A stretch of DNA of 64,000 nucleotides from Macrostomum lignano (Eukaryota): the NCBI GenBank assembly GCA_002269645.1, contig NIVC01002137.1, forward strand, positions 94,609 to 158,608. The letters run 5' to 3'. The position numbers and the translations under genes are program-made. A model generated the notes under the pieces. The model did no database searches, was not told where the DNA came from, and worked only from the letters and a program-made list of their open reading frames with translations. Shown one piece after another: positions 34,433-46,500 of the stretch. How positions within the stretch are numbered: position 1 is the first letter of the stretch; every line of letters starts with the position of its first letter.

Positions 34433-34994
34433 TAAGCCTAACTGGTTCCCTTATCCTAAAACCTCTAGTCTAGATGCACCCCTGACAGAAAACACATTTT
34501 GAAATGTCTTCAGTTATAGTCCAATTTGTTTTAATGTGAAGGCCTAGCGCTGCAGGGTGGTGCAGTGCGTGTTTTAGGGAGACCCAAAAAAGAGATTTTT
34601 ATTTAGCAAACATCTAGTGTTTGTGACAAATTTTAAATTTTAGGGCCTATAAAACTTAAAAGTAGACCCTAAAGTAATTTATAAAACTAAGGAAGGAATT
34701 TGTACTTAGGAAACTTTTCTTTTTAAATGGATTTGTATAAATAAATTTTGCTCCTTACTTATTAATAGCCACAAAGGGGGCACTAGATTACTAGTTAATC
34801 CACAATTTGTATCATATAGGCCCTGGCCTAGTATACGCCCAAAAATTCAGGCATGCATTGGCCTTGTATACCAAAAGTAGGCGTGCACAGTTGGTGTGCA
34901 TCACTTTTAAGTAAATAGTATGCTGCACACCACAACTAAGTCTCAAAGGTTCGGTAGTCACACACACCACACCTAAAGAAACGACTACAATAAT

Positions 34995-36502
34995 TGTAAC
35001 ATATCTGCGTATGTAATTTAAAAGTAAATAATTTCGTATTTACTCTTATCAGGTTGTATTGGTATTATAGTATTTATATTGTATTTATCTCACTGTACTT
35101 TTTACTGTATGTAATTTATGTTATTTTGCAAGATAATTTTATAATGAAACTTTTGTTTTAATGACTGATAAGTAACCAATATAAATATAAATCATCGATT
35201 GTTAATAAGAGTTCGCGCTCTGACTTGGCACTCTCGACGGCTGAAAGTTCAAGTGACAGTCCTCGGCATTCATTTCGTTACAATGGCGACCACGCCAGGA
35301 CTCGGATTCCATGAAGGACTCCGCTGAATCTTCTGATCGACCGCAAATGTACAGCAACGCAGCCAATCACATCAGCATGCAGCGCGCGTCCAGCTAGCCG
35401 ACGCCAACCAGTATGTCAGCCAGCCGCGAGCCAGGCCAACAAAATCACAGGTGCCGAAGATGCTGCCAAAGGACAGGTGCTGCAGATACTGTCAGTCGCT
35501 GAGTGATTTCGAATATTATATTTGTTTTCTTAAAAGCATCTATGTTCAAATACAATACTAGCTGTAGAATGTACATGTAGATGTGTACCCAGTTCAGAGC
35601 AAAATTTTGTTTTTAAATTTGTAATTATGCTGTTCTAAAGTCCAGAACCAGGAAGCTGCATTTTCCAATTCCTATGCTTTGTTGATTGATTTTAATGTAA
35701 TTGTACTTAATTGTTAATTTATATACTTACTGTAATTCCTTCATATGTACTTTATACTGTATTTTGGCAATTGCCATGATGTACTTTACTTTTCAAATAA
35801 TTTTTCAATGTTGTACTGTATTTTCTTCTGTGTTTTGTAAGGTTTCACCCAATGGCAGTGTATCACAATAGTGTGCACAGGCAAATTCCTTTTATTAATA
35901 AAGTGTTTTTTGCTTCATTCATGCTGTGCTCTGCACTGGTTGTGGTGGGGAGAACCCAGGGCTCTGCTAACCCTGTTGGGTTCTGGTTTTTGTGTTGGTT
36001 AACTAGCTTCTCTTTTGGTCCAGACCATTGTTTTAAAATGTGTTCTGTCACCTCATTGCGATGTCTAGTTGGGAATGCGAGTTCAATCTTTTTTTTGCTC
36101 AAAATTTAGCATGTACTGTATATTTAATAGTTATTTTCTATACTTTGTATTCTACTCTTTTGTTAATTGTACTTTTGACAATGTGGACATTGTCTTTTTC
36201 TAAGAGGAGGATAATGTAACATATCTGCGTATGTAATTTAAAAGTAAATAATTTCGTATTTACTCTTATCAGGTTGTATTGGTATTATAGTATTTATATT
36301 GTATTTATCTCACTGTACTTTTTACTGTATGTAATTTATGTTATTTTGCAAGATAATTTTATAATGAAACTTTTGTTTTAATGACTGATAAGTAACCAAT
36401 ATAAATATAAATCATCGATTGTTAATAAGAGTTCGCGCTCTGACTTGGCACTCTCGACGGCTGAAAGTTCAAGTGACAGTCCTCGGCATTCATTTCGTTA
36501 CA
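34995..36502 (+). mobile_element. Miniature non-autonomous LTR retroelement (TRIM-type / internally deleted Gypsy-like)
   Basis: Two 288-bp LTRs (34995-35282 and 36215-36502), TGTAAC...GTTACA, identical by eye. PBS TGGCGACCACGCCAGGA at 35284, PPT AAGAGGAGGA just before the 3' LTR, and 4-bp TSD TAAT. The 932-bp interior has no retroviral ORF. Confidence 0.93.
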
Positions 36503-38616
36503 TAATGCGCATTCAAAAGTAGTACCGCTTCTATGAAAAAAATGACACAAGTTAAACAAAAAGACATTTCTTATTGGGTATAGTTTTACTATTATACGTA
36601 CTGTCTTTCAATATTTAATAAATTTTATTAGTTCTTTAACAAAAATAAAAAGTTATAAGCTAAATATTATCAGTAAATGAATTGTGAAAACTTGTTCTCG
36701 GGTAACTGCTACAGATGCATTAACAAAAATACTCAGGATGCACCAACTCAGCCTTGGAAACACTGCATAACATGAATAATGCATGCAGTATATATGCGTG
36801 AACGCAAAAAGTATTATTGTTGGTATTGTACTTGAAACTTTTGCAGTCTTACTGTACATAGTTTGCCTAAAGCAACACCACTCATATTTCTTGAATTTCT
36901 AGACTCAGTTTGTCCAAGGAATTCTTGCCTTTTTTGACACACTAGTACATGTTCACTGCGACAGTGCGAACGACTCTACACGATGTACTGCATGACATTA
37001 CAGCAATTTCAGTTCCAAACTTGCACAAATAAAAGAACTTATTTTAGTGAGTCTGTATTTGGTTCCTTATTTCTTAGCTGTGCTGGTATTCACTACATGG
37101 CCACTGAACTGAAGAGAGAAATCCGACTTTGGTTGCCATAAGGAATAGGCACGTGTATCGCTACAGGACTATCTGCGTGAATGCATATATATTGTACATA
37201 CATGTAGTACATTCGAATGGATTCGAAGAATTCATGCACTTACTGCACAGGGAATGTACTTTTGCTGGGTGATAACGTTCATCATTTTTGAGCATTTTTG
37301 CTGTTCCATCAGAATTTCTAAGCTGATAAAGTACTATACATGTTTAAGTTTCTGTATAAGAGGGCCGGCAACACATTCTCTGCATTTTTGCTTCCGTCGA
37401 TCCATGCTTTTCTCTCCAGCTTCTCTTTCCAAGCTTTCTTTACTTTTCCATCCTATCTCGTCCACAGGCGCGGCGAAGGGGTGATATGCCTACCCAATCA
37501 TTTTGTGGGGGGGGGGGGGCATTGCCTTCCCAATGTTTCGATCACATCAGTATGATGGAGGCACGTCCTGTGGGCCTCCACTGAATTTTTCGCACCCTCC
37601 CTTCCTCCCTGTGATTTCTGTGTGGAGGACTCATGCTCATGCTTATCGATCAATCATGAGTGACAGCTTTACGACCCTCTATCTCCCCAAGCTTTTCCCG
37701 CCTGCTATGCAGTCCTTCATTACTAATCATTTCTCTCCGCTGTGTCCAACCCGAATTTCTTGTCCAATTGTGCGCGGCTGGCGGGTTACGTCATTAGGGT
37801 TGCTTGGCAACGGAGGTCCAAGGACAGGTCACCGTTTTCAATATCACGCATCACGATCCTTCTAGCAGAACTTTTTAAAACCTTAAGATCCGCACGGATT
37901 GTATGAACGATCATTGTTTCTTTCGAGTCATTTCAACTATTAAAGTAGTCATGCAGCAGTCATCTGCGCATACAACAAGTTTGATCAGTTTACTCGACTA
38001 TATTTATGTACTGTAGCTATAACGTTCAATATAATATGACTGTTAGCTTCACTCATGTATTTTTAGGCATTTTTACAAAATGGTTTCCACAATAAACGCA
38101 AGTTATTCTACGTAAAATGCTAATACAGGCCGTTATATTGCAAAGGCAATTATCATAGTATGAATGTAAAAGTACACTGGCGTAAAAAATTGCGACCTTA
38201 AAGGTTTATCATACGATCATACGTGTATACTTATGCGCAATACAAGTTGAATTCTACAAATAAATTCTGTAAAAAGCATACGAGTATTCAGCTAAACAAA
38301 ACAACCCAATTAAAACGCTTGTTTTTCACAAGCACTCAAACATAGAGTCGTAATGTACACTGTTCTGTTACTAGCTACATGAGCCAGTAAGTCCAGGTTA
38401 GTCTCTGCCATTCTATCTGCAGTAAAATCTGCGAACGCATCGCGTAACTACACGCAACTTAATTCTATAAAATGCACGAAACAAGCTGAGGCAAAGTAAA
38501 ACTACGAGTATCACGGAAGGTGACTGCCAGCTAGTAGGACTTTTGACGATCTAGTAAATGAAAGTAAAAAGTAAAATCGATAAGCTGATGATGCAACATA
38601 ACTAGTCTTGTAGATT

Positions 38617-41050
38617 TTAACAGTTGAGTGGCCTTGAGATATCGCTGAACACAGTCGCTGGTTTGTAGTTGTGAGGCATGAGTAGGCACAGGTGAAAGCT
38701 GCGATACTTGACGCGGTCACTAATGCTTGCCTGTCCCGCGGTGTCGCTGATCATCCGCATTGCGGCGTTGGCTCGGCCGTGGCTTTGATCCGGCCGCACC
38801 ACCAAGCCGAAGGTCGGCCGTGGTACTCCAACAAGCAGCTGCAGTTTTCGCCGATTGCTAGCCGTCTGGGCGGTCTCAGCTGATGACTGCGCTATCGCTA
38901 GAGTAGACGGCGAGTTGACGGTGGCACCGCAAGTGGCCGCGTCCGAGGCGACCCCAGAGCCGCAACCAGGCGGCAAGACTTCGATGCTGCACTGGCAGCA
39001 CTTTTCAATCTTTCTTAAGCAGTTGGTCTTCATCAGCGATCTGCTCTTCTCTGTCACCGGGGCGCGCGCTTCAAAAGAAAGTACGCGCAAATCTTTGACG
39101 TACTGATAAAACTTTTTATAGTCGTTAAGCGGCACGCAAATAGTCAAGTTAAGCGGGCAGGTGATTGCGCCCTCGGGGTAGGCATCACGATTGAGCACGC
39201 GATGGATTTGAGTTAACTCTAGGATCAGGCAACCTTGAGGATGAGCGCGCAGCAGGTCAGAGTACTGTCTCGAGCGGATATACAGGAGACGCAAACGCAG
39301 CAGGTTAAGCATTGGCACAGGACCACAATTAGCCAACCGATTGATCAGGCGTTGAAGATCTGAACGCAGTCGCGCAGACAGCACGCTGGAATCCTGCGCC
39401 AGCTGGTAGAGATACAACCTAGCGAGCACCGAATCCACAAGGCTCAGCGTCGGCTCCCGGTACTCGGCCGCCGTCTGCGTTTCTACAAGGTACGCGGTTC
39501 GCTCTTCTGAAGGTACCATCAGCTTGGCAACTTCAATTAGATCCCAAGTGGTCTCCGACTCGCTGTATAAACGCTTCACACCGTTGCTCTCGGTTCGAAG
39601 TTTCTGCGCGCTATCGAACTTCTCTTTAATGGCCGTCACCCGGCGCTCCAAGCTACGATTCGCGCAGCCGCTACAGGCCCGACGCCACCACTCAAACAGA
39701 GCGTTAAATGCCGTCTTGAACTCCTGGTTGTCAACCCGTTCATTGGGTCGAAAGCTAGATAGTAGACCTTCGAGGCGCTCCATGAACTGAATTGAAAAAG
39801 CCTCTTCCGGTTCGATCAACGAGTTGACAGTAGACTCAATGGCCGCTTCCTGGTTGTTTTCAGCAACTTCGGTTGTATGCCGGGGATCTTCATCGAAGCG
39901 TTCGGTGCCTTCATTGTCCGAGACAGGCTCCATGGCAGCCTGTGGTTCCAATAAAAAGTCTGGCTCCAAAAAGGAAGCGGGTGGTGGCGGCAACCGTGAA
40001 GGCGTGTCACCTCGAACGACGTCTCTGACGCATTCCTCATCGTCGCTATCCAACCCATCGGTAGCTGGCGTCGGGCTGGCTGGTCTCGGAATGTTATCGC
40101 CGCTGTTACTATTGCCGCATCCAACGGAGCCTACGCTGCCGGCCAGGCAGGTAAAACAGGCCAGCATGTCGTCGAACAGAGTGACAACCGTCTTGCGTAG
40201 TGAGCCATCACCGACTCCGTCGCTAGGGCTACATGCTACGAAGCCCATGACTGTTGTTGCCAGGCTCTGCATCCTATCGAGCACCAGTTGACGCCGACGT
40301 TCAACTGTCCGGGCGTAGCGACCGATCGCAGCGGTGAGGACCGCAGCTCGTCGAGCCGCATATTTAGAAACATTACTGAGGCGTCCCGAGCTACTTCCTC
40401 CGGCCGAAGAAGAACTGAGATCCCGGTCCACTTGCTCGGCGAATGTCATCAGCAGACTGGACAGTTCGGCATCGTCAACTTCGGCGAGGGTGGCGTCCGT
40501 GTCCAGGAACAGGCGCATCTGCAGGTGGATCGAGCGCAAGTCGGCGAGACCCTGGCGCAGCAGCAGCTCCGAGTCGCTTGTCGACTATGGATAAAGGAAA
40601 CTTTTCGTTAATGATGCTTTTCTTTCCCATGTTTGTAACTAAAACAAGTCTACATGCAAAAATTGCATGACTTTAGGATTCAATAGTGCAACATTCTTCT
40701 GTATTAGCTGGTAAAAGCTTTTTGCTTAAAATAAAAAACACTCACAGAATGATTCCCAGCCAGCAGGTTAAACATTTCGAGCATCTCCGGCTGGCTGAAT
40801 GGGAACGCCGTTCGAAATTGCAGCCGAAAAACTCTGTCGCCGAATTCGTAAACAAACGGATGCAACGATTCAGTGATTGCTGCAGCATCTATGCATTGAT
40901 TAGCCGGCTTCGTACAATTGCTTTGTCTCCGGGTTTGTTCTTCTGCTTTGGCTACTTGGTCCAGCATTGAACCAATAAGACAGCAGAGCTTATTTTCTTC
41001 GTCAAAGTCTTCTTCTGGGGCTGGGTATGTCGATGTCGCTGGTGGCAGCG

Positions 41051-41084
<34 letters not shown>

Positions 41085-42223
41085 TTTAGCTTGGCGTCGT
41101 TTCGTTGAGATTTGATCGTCGAGACAGCTGCTGTCACCATCGGCACTACTGAGTCGATCCTGTTCGTCGATAAGTTTATAGTTTATTTATTCAGTTTGAT
41201 AGCAGCTTTGGGCACTACCAAGGCGACAATCAACTGCCACGCAGAAAGAATCCTAAATGCACAATCACACCAACATACACAGAGAGTACAGCGGTCTTGA
41301 CTTTCTAATTGTCGGGAATGCTCAGGGAGTTAAACCTACAAAGTATGAACCGTACGACAAGTCCCACGACAATTTCTGTGCTCTTACAGTGTATGTCCCT
41401 GAGAATGGTGGTCTCATGGTGGTTGGGATTTGAAGATCAAGCTGAAGGACAGCTCTTCTCTCCTCTCGGGTTGTTATAAAAATGATCAGGGAAGGAGGCT
41501 TGGCAGTTTTGTTCATGTACGTCAACTCTCGGCCCAATGCTGAAATTAACATGTCTGCCTCTCGCACCGCAGTACCTACAGAGAAGGTTCTGTGCGCGGC
41601 CAAATTATCTTTGGTCTTGTCGTACGATTTACCCCTAAAGAGCCCTGAACTGAAGTGTTGTTGTTTACAAGCCTAGATAACTGCTTTACCTCGATGGCTC
41701 AAAAGTTGCCCAAAAAGCCTCTCTGATCTATCAGTAAACCTGCTCACCCAATGCTTGTGCAGCCTGACAAACTCACCATTGACGACCGACGATGCTCTGA
41801 TCTTCGATGTCGCGACCGCTTCACCGTAGAACCCGCAGCGTCAGAGAGCCCCAGATACTTGGCGAAGTCATCGTCGGACTGTTTGGCGGCCGAGACTGCA
41901 GACGGCTTCTGCGAATGCTTTGGCGGCTTTTGCGTCATCGGTTGCGGCAGTCGGCTGGGCAGCCGCGCAGACCTCGCTTCGCACAGGATCGTTCTGGCGT
42001 CGGATACAAGCTCTTGCAGAGCGCGCAGGCCGGAAGACTTTGATCTACGATTGCTGCCGTCGGTGTAAAACGTCCTCGCGTCGGATTCCTTCACCACCTG
42101 TGACTCGCTGGACTCTGTGTCGTGATCGAAATGATTGGTTGAGAAACTTCTCTCTTTGCGGCGGCTGCGCAACTTTGAAGATTGATTTGAACTTGACAAC
42201 GGTCCTGTTCGTGCATCTGCCAT
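38617..42223 (-). CDS. Uncharacterised ~942-aa protein, possible degenerate KH-like domain near the C-terminus
   Basis: Exons 42223-41777 (ATG|GTGAGT), 41159-40746 (TCT|GTGAGT) and 40584-38617, all phase 0. The last exon is a 1968-nt open frame in non-repetitive DNA. SLMKTNCLRKIEKCCQCSIEV resembles a KH helix-strand lacking GxxG. Confidence 0.7.
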
Positions 42224-43519
42224 CGCGAGGCAAGCCGATCTGTCTTGTAGCCTTACTTTAACTGTTTTGATGGATCTTGTTTAATAACTAGTGCTTTCTT
42301 CTTAAAAGGCTATAAATTATCATGATCTGCTGTTTTTGTGATAAATCTGCGAGAGCGTACCTGTCCACTCCGTAAATGCTGACAATGGTCTATGGCATAG
42401 ACTATATTTTTGTATATTTTTCTATACTAGTATCTTAATACTGGTATATCTAATTCGAATTCAACCTTCTTTTGCGTCTTAATAACTTCCCAAAATAATT
42501 TCGTTTTCCCCACGATCGCTAGTAAACTTGTACAGTTGAACATTCCCCAATGAAAGAAAAGGAGTGGAACGAAGAAAAAGAAGTCACAAAATTCACTGAA
42601 GATTCGTGAAGCTGGTGGTTTCATCGACAAGCCAAGGGAGAATTTCTATTTGTGCAGCAACTCTGATATGCATCATAGTTTTTGACGTCATTCGAGCATC
42701 TAACGTGTGAATTTTACGGTTGGAATACAGATTTTGGTCATCAGACTTCAGACCAAAAAAACAGCTATGATGATTTCCAATGCAGTATTAACGTCATCGT
42801 CTTACCAATATCATCACAATCTACTATTTTAGCTAATCATATTCCATTATATCATCACGGATGTGACCTGCAAATCCCATTAGCCAAAGAACAGAAACAA
42901 GAAACTAACACAGAGTCAATAGTTTAAGAGTTCGCCCCTTAAAGCCTGACTGGAAGCACCTTCTCCATTTTCTGTAAACGCTGAATACTGCATTTATTAC
43001 AGGCTTTACCATTACAGTTTATAACAACTTCTAAACATGCCAAAAGTGGAATGTCAAAAACGAAAACTTACTCAAGAAAACACATTTAAACATTTTTGCA
43101 TACAGAATGAGCTCGTGTTAAATGAAAGCAACTATTTATAACCGAGCTTAATTTAAAAGAAATAAATAAACCTTGTTTTGTAGGTAAGAGAACAATGGCA
43201 GTATTTAAACAAAAATTGAAATATTTATCGAAAATAAGTTAACAGAATATCTATGTAGTGCGAAGAAGCCTTTCTCTGCAACGTACGCGGACAAGCGAGT
43301 ACGCGCAAACACATGAGCATCTTTACAAAGGACTGCTCCTATGCTAGAATGAGACCCAATGACCTTTCAGGTTTTTACAGCACAGCTGGCTCTGAAAAAA
43401 TCTTGCAACAACTCCGAGTCTTTCAAAGTAATTCTGCCTCTGTTTAGAAACATTTTCTTAACGCGTTAAACCTGCAGTTACCATGACGACAGAATCAGAA
43501 GAGGGGACTGGCTGGGTGC

Positions 43520-46500
43520 TCAGGACATGCTCTCTCTTGATGTCTCCTCAACAACGCTGAGACGTCGAGTAGAAGGTGATTTTGGCGATGTCGCTTCGAA
43601 CGCGTCTTCCGTTTTCGCAACATCCGGTACGACAGCTGCTGCTACAGCATCCGTGTTGCTTTTATTCTTCGGGCCCGCCGCTTTCGCGTCCTTGCCCTTC
43701 TTTTTCTTCTTACCCTTTGTCTTCTCCTTTTGCATATAGCCCTTGTTACGGGTGTAATAATCGGGAAATATGCGGAACATGTCGCAGCGATTGTCGTTAA
43801 CGTAGATTTCTGTACAGTTCTTCTTGTACAGGTCGCTGGCTATCTCTCGGGTGGTCAGCTCCTCAGCGACTGCGGGTTTCGTGTGTACGAGTATGAATTA
43901 CTAAAACAGGTGTGTATGAGTTACTAAAACAGGTGTGTATGAGTATGAGTTACCAAAACAGGTGTGTACGAGTATGAGTTACTAAAACAGGTGTGTATAA
44001 GTTACTAAAACAGGTGTGTATGAGTATGAGTTACCAAAACAGGTGTGTACGAGTATGAGTTACCAAAACAGGTGTGTATGAGTATGAGTTACTAAAACAG
44101 GTGTGTACGAGTATGAGTTACTAAAACAGGTGTGTATGAGTATGAGTTACTAAAACAGGTGTGCACGAGTATGAGTTACTAAAACAGGTGTGTATGAGTT
44201 ACCAAAACAGGTGTGCACGAGTTACCCAAACAGGTGTGCACGAGTTACCCAAACAGGTGTGCACGAGTTAACCAAACAGGTGTGTTTGAGTACAAAAACA
44301 AGTGTGTAAGAGTGACAGACGCCAAAATTGGTCATTGATCAAAGCACCGAAAAGCATGACTCACGATTCGGCACGCCCATAATCTTGGCTTTGCCGGCTC
44401 GTTTGTCGTAATTGAAGCAGCCGATGGTGAATAAGAAGTCAGCTCGACGATCCAGACCGATCCGAGCGAACACCGGGTCAATGATGTCTCTCACAGTGGC
44501 CCAAGGCCTCGCGTACACAGCGATGCAGAAGGACCAGATGTCTTGGAATGCGAACACGTACTTGTCGTTGGGCTGCAGAGAATGCGGGAGACAGTTGTTG
44601 ATAAATTTGATTTTTTCTTGGTTCAACTGGTACTTTCTGAATGCGGTTCAGGCCTATGGACTTGCTAGGGTAGGATTTGTTCTGTAGATATGATACTTGC
44701 CAATAGACTTTACTAAATATGAGTAGCTAAGCATTTCTATGCATTCAAATCTATAAATCTGAACCTGACTCTAAAGATGCAAGCTTAATCGAATCTAACT
44801 CAGATCAAATCCCAACCGAATCTGTAGATCAAATCCCAACCAAATCTATAGACCAAATCCCAACCAAATCTATAGATCAACTCCAAACCGAATCTGTAGA
44901 TGGACCCCCAACCGAATCTGTAGATCAACTCCCAACCAAATCTATAGATTGACCCCAACCGAATCTGTAGATCCACACCCAACCGAATCTATAGATCAAC
45001 CCCCAACCGAATCTATAGATCAACACCCAACTGAATCTATACATCACCTCCCAACCGAATCTATAGATCAAATCCCAACCTAATCTATAGATCCACTCCC
45101 AACCGAATCTATAGATCAAATCCCAACCGAATCTATAGATCAAATTCCAACCGAATCTATAGAACAAATCCCCACCGAATCTATAGATCAACCCCAACCG
45201 AATCTATAGATCAACCCCAACCGAATCTATAGAACAAATCCCAACCTAATCTATAGATCAACCCCAACCGAATCTATAGATCAACCCCAACCGAATCTAT
45301 AGATCAACCCCAACCGAATCTATAGATCAACCCCAACCGAATCTATAGATCAACCCCAACCGAATCTATAGATCAACCCCAACCGAATCTATAGAACAAA
45401 TCCCAACCTAATCTATAGATCAACTCCCAACCGAATCTATAGATCAACCCCAACCGAATCTATAGATCAAATTCCAACCTAATCTATAGATCAACCCCAA
45501 CCAAATCTATACATCAACCCCAACCGAATCTATAGAACAAATCCCAACCGAATCTATACATCAACCCCAACCGAATCTATAGAACAAATCCCAACCGAAT
45601 CTATAGATCAACTCCCAACCGAATCTATAGATCAACCCCAACCGAATCTATAGATCAACCCCAACCGAATCTATAGAACAAATCCCAACCGAATCTATAG
45701 ATCAACTCCCAACCGAATCTATAGATCAACCCCAACCGAATCTATAGATCAAATTCCAACCTAATCTATAGATCAACCCCAACCAAATCTATACATCAAC
45801 CCCAACCGAATCTATAGAACAAATCCCAACCGAATCTATAGATCAACCCCAACCAAATCTATACATCAACCCCAACCGAATCTATACATCAACCCCAACC
45901 GAATCTATAGATCAACCCCAACCGAATCTATAGATCAACCCCAACCGAATCTATAGATCAACCCCAACCAAATCTATAGATCAACCCCAACCAAATCTAT
46001 ACATCAAATCCAAACAGACCTTCGGCACCGGTCCGGCGCCCTTTTTCCCAGTGAGTTTTTTCTGTTTCTTCCGAAAAGCCAGATAATCGTTCCAGCGTTT
46101 CTCGGAATTCTCCTTCCTGAACCGGACGGTGAAACGGATAAAGTCGGGATAGTGAGGCTCGGACTCCTCGCCCTTCTTTTCCTTTTTCTTGACGGCGTTA
46201 TTACGATAGTCTTCAATTAGCTTCTTCATTTTCACTTGGTCGTTATACGAGAAGCCATAGTCGACATTGCGCCAGCGATCGATAATTTTCTGAGTTGGAT
46301 GCTCGTGCGCTTTGATTAACAGAAAGTTGGTGTCCACTGTGCCTTTGTCCAGCTCGTTGAACTTCATGTTGAGCAGGGCGCGAAGGCGCCTGGCGTAAGC
46401 GAACGTTTTCTCGTAGTCGTCGATCATTTTGCGGTCTGAAGTGGGGTCAGGATTGGCGCTCATTGGGACGGCGCTGGTTGGGTGGCGCTAGTTGGAATTG

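Noticed and set aside
41322-41626. 93-aa minus-strand ORF bracketed by an 11-bp inverted repeat (CGTACGACAAG)
   Set aside because: It lies inside an intron, has no recognisable motif, and is not needed for phase continuity; possibly an element remnant.
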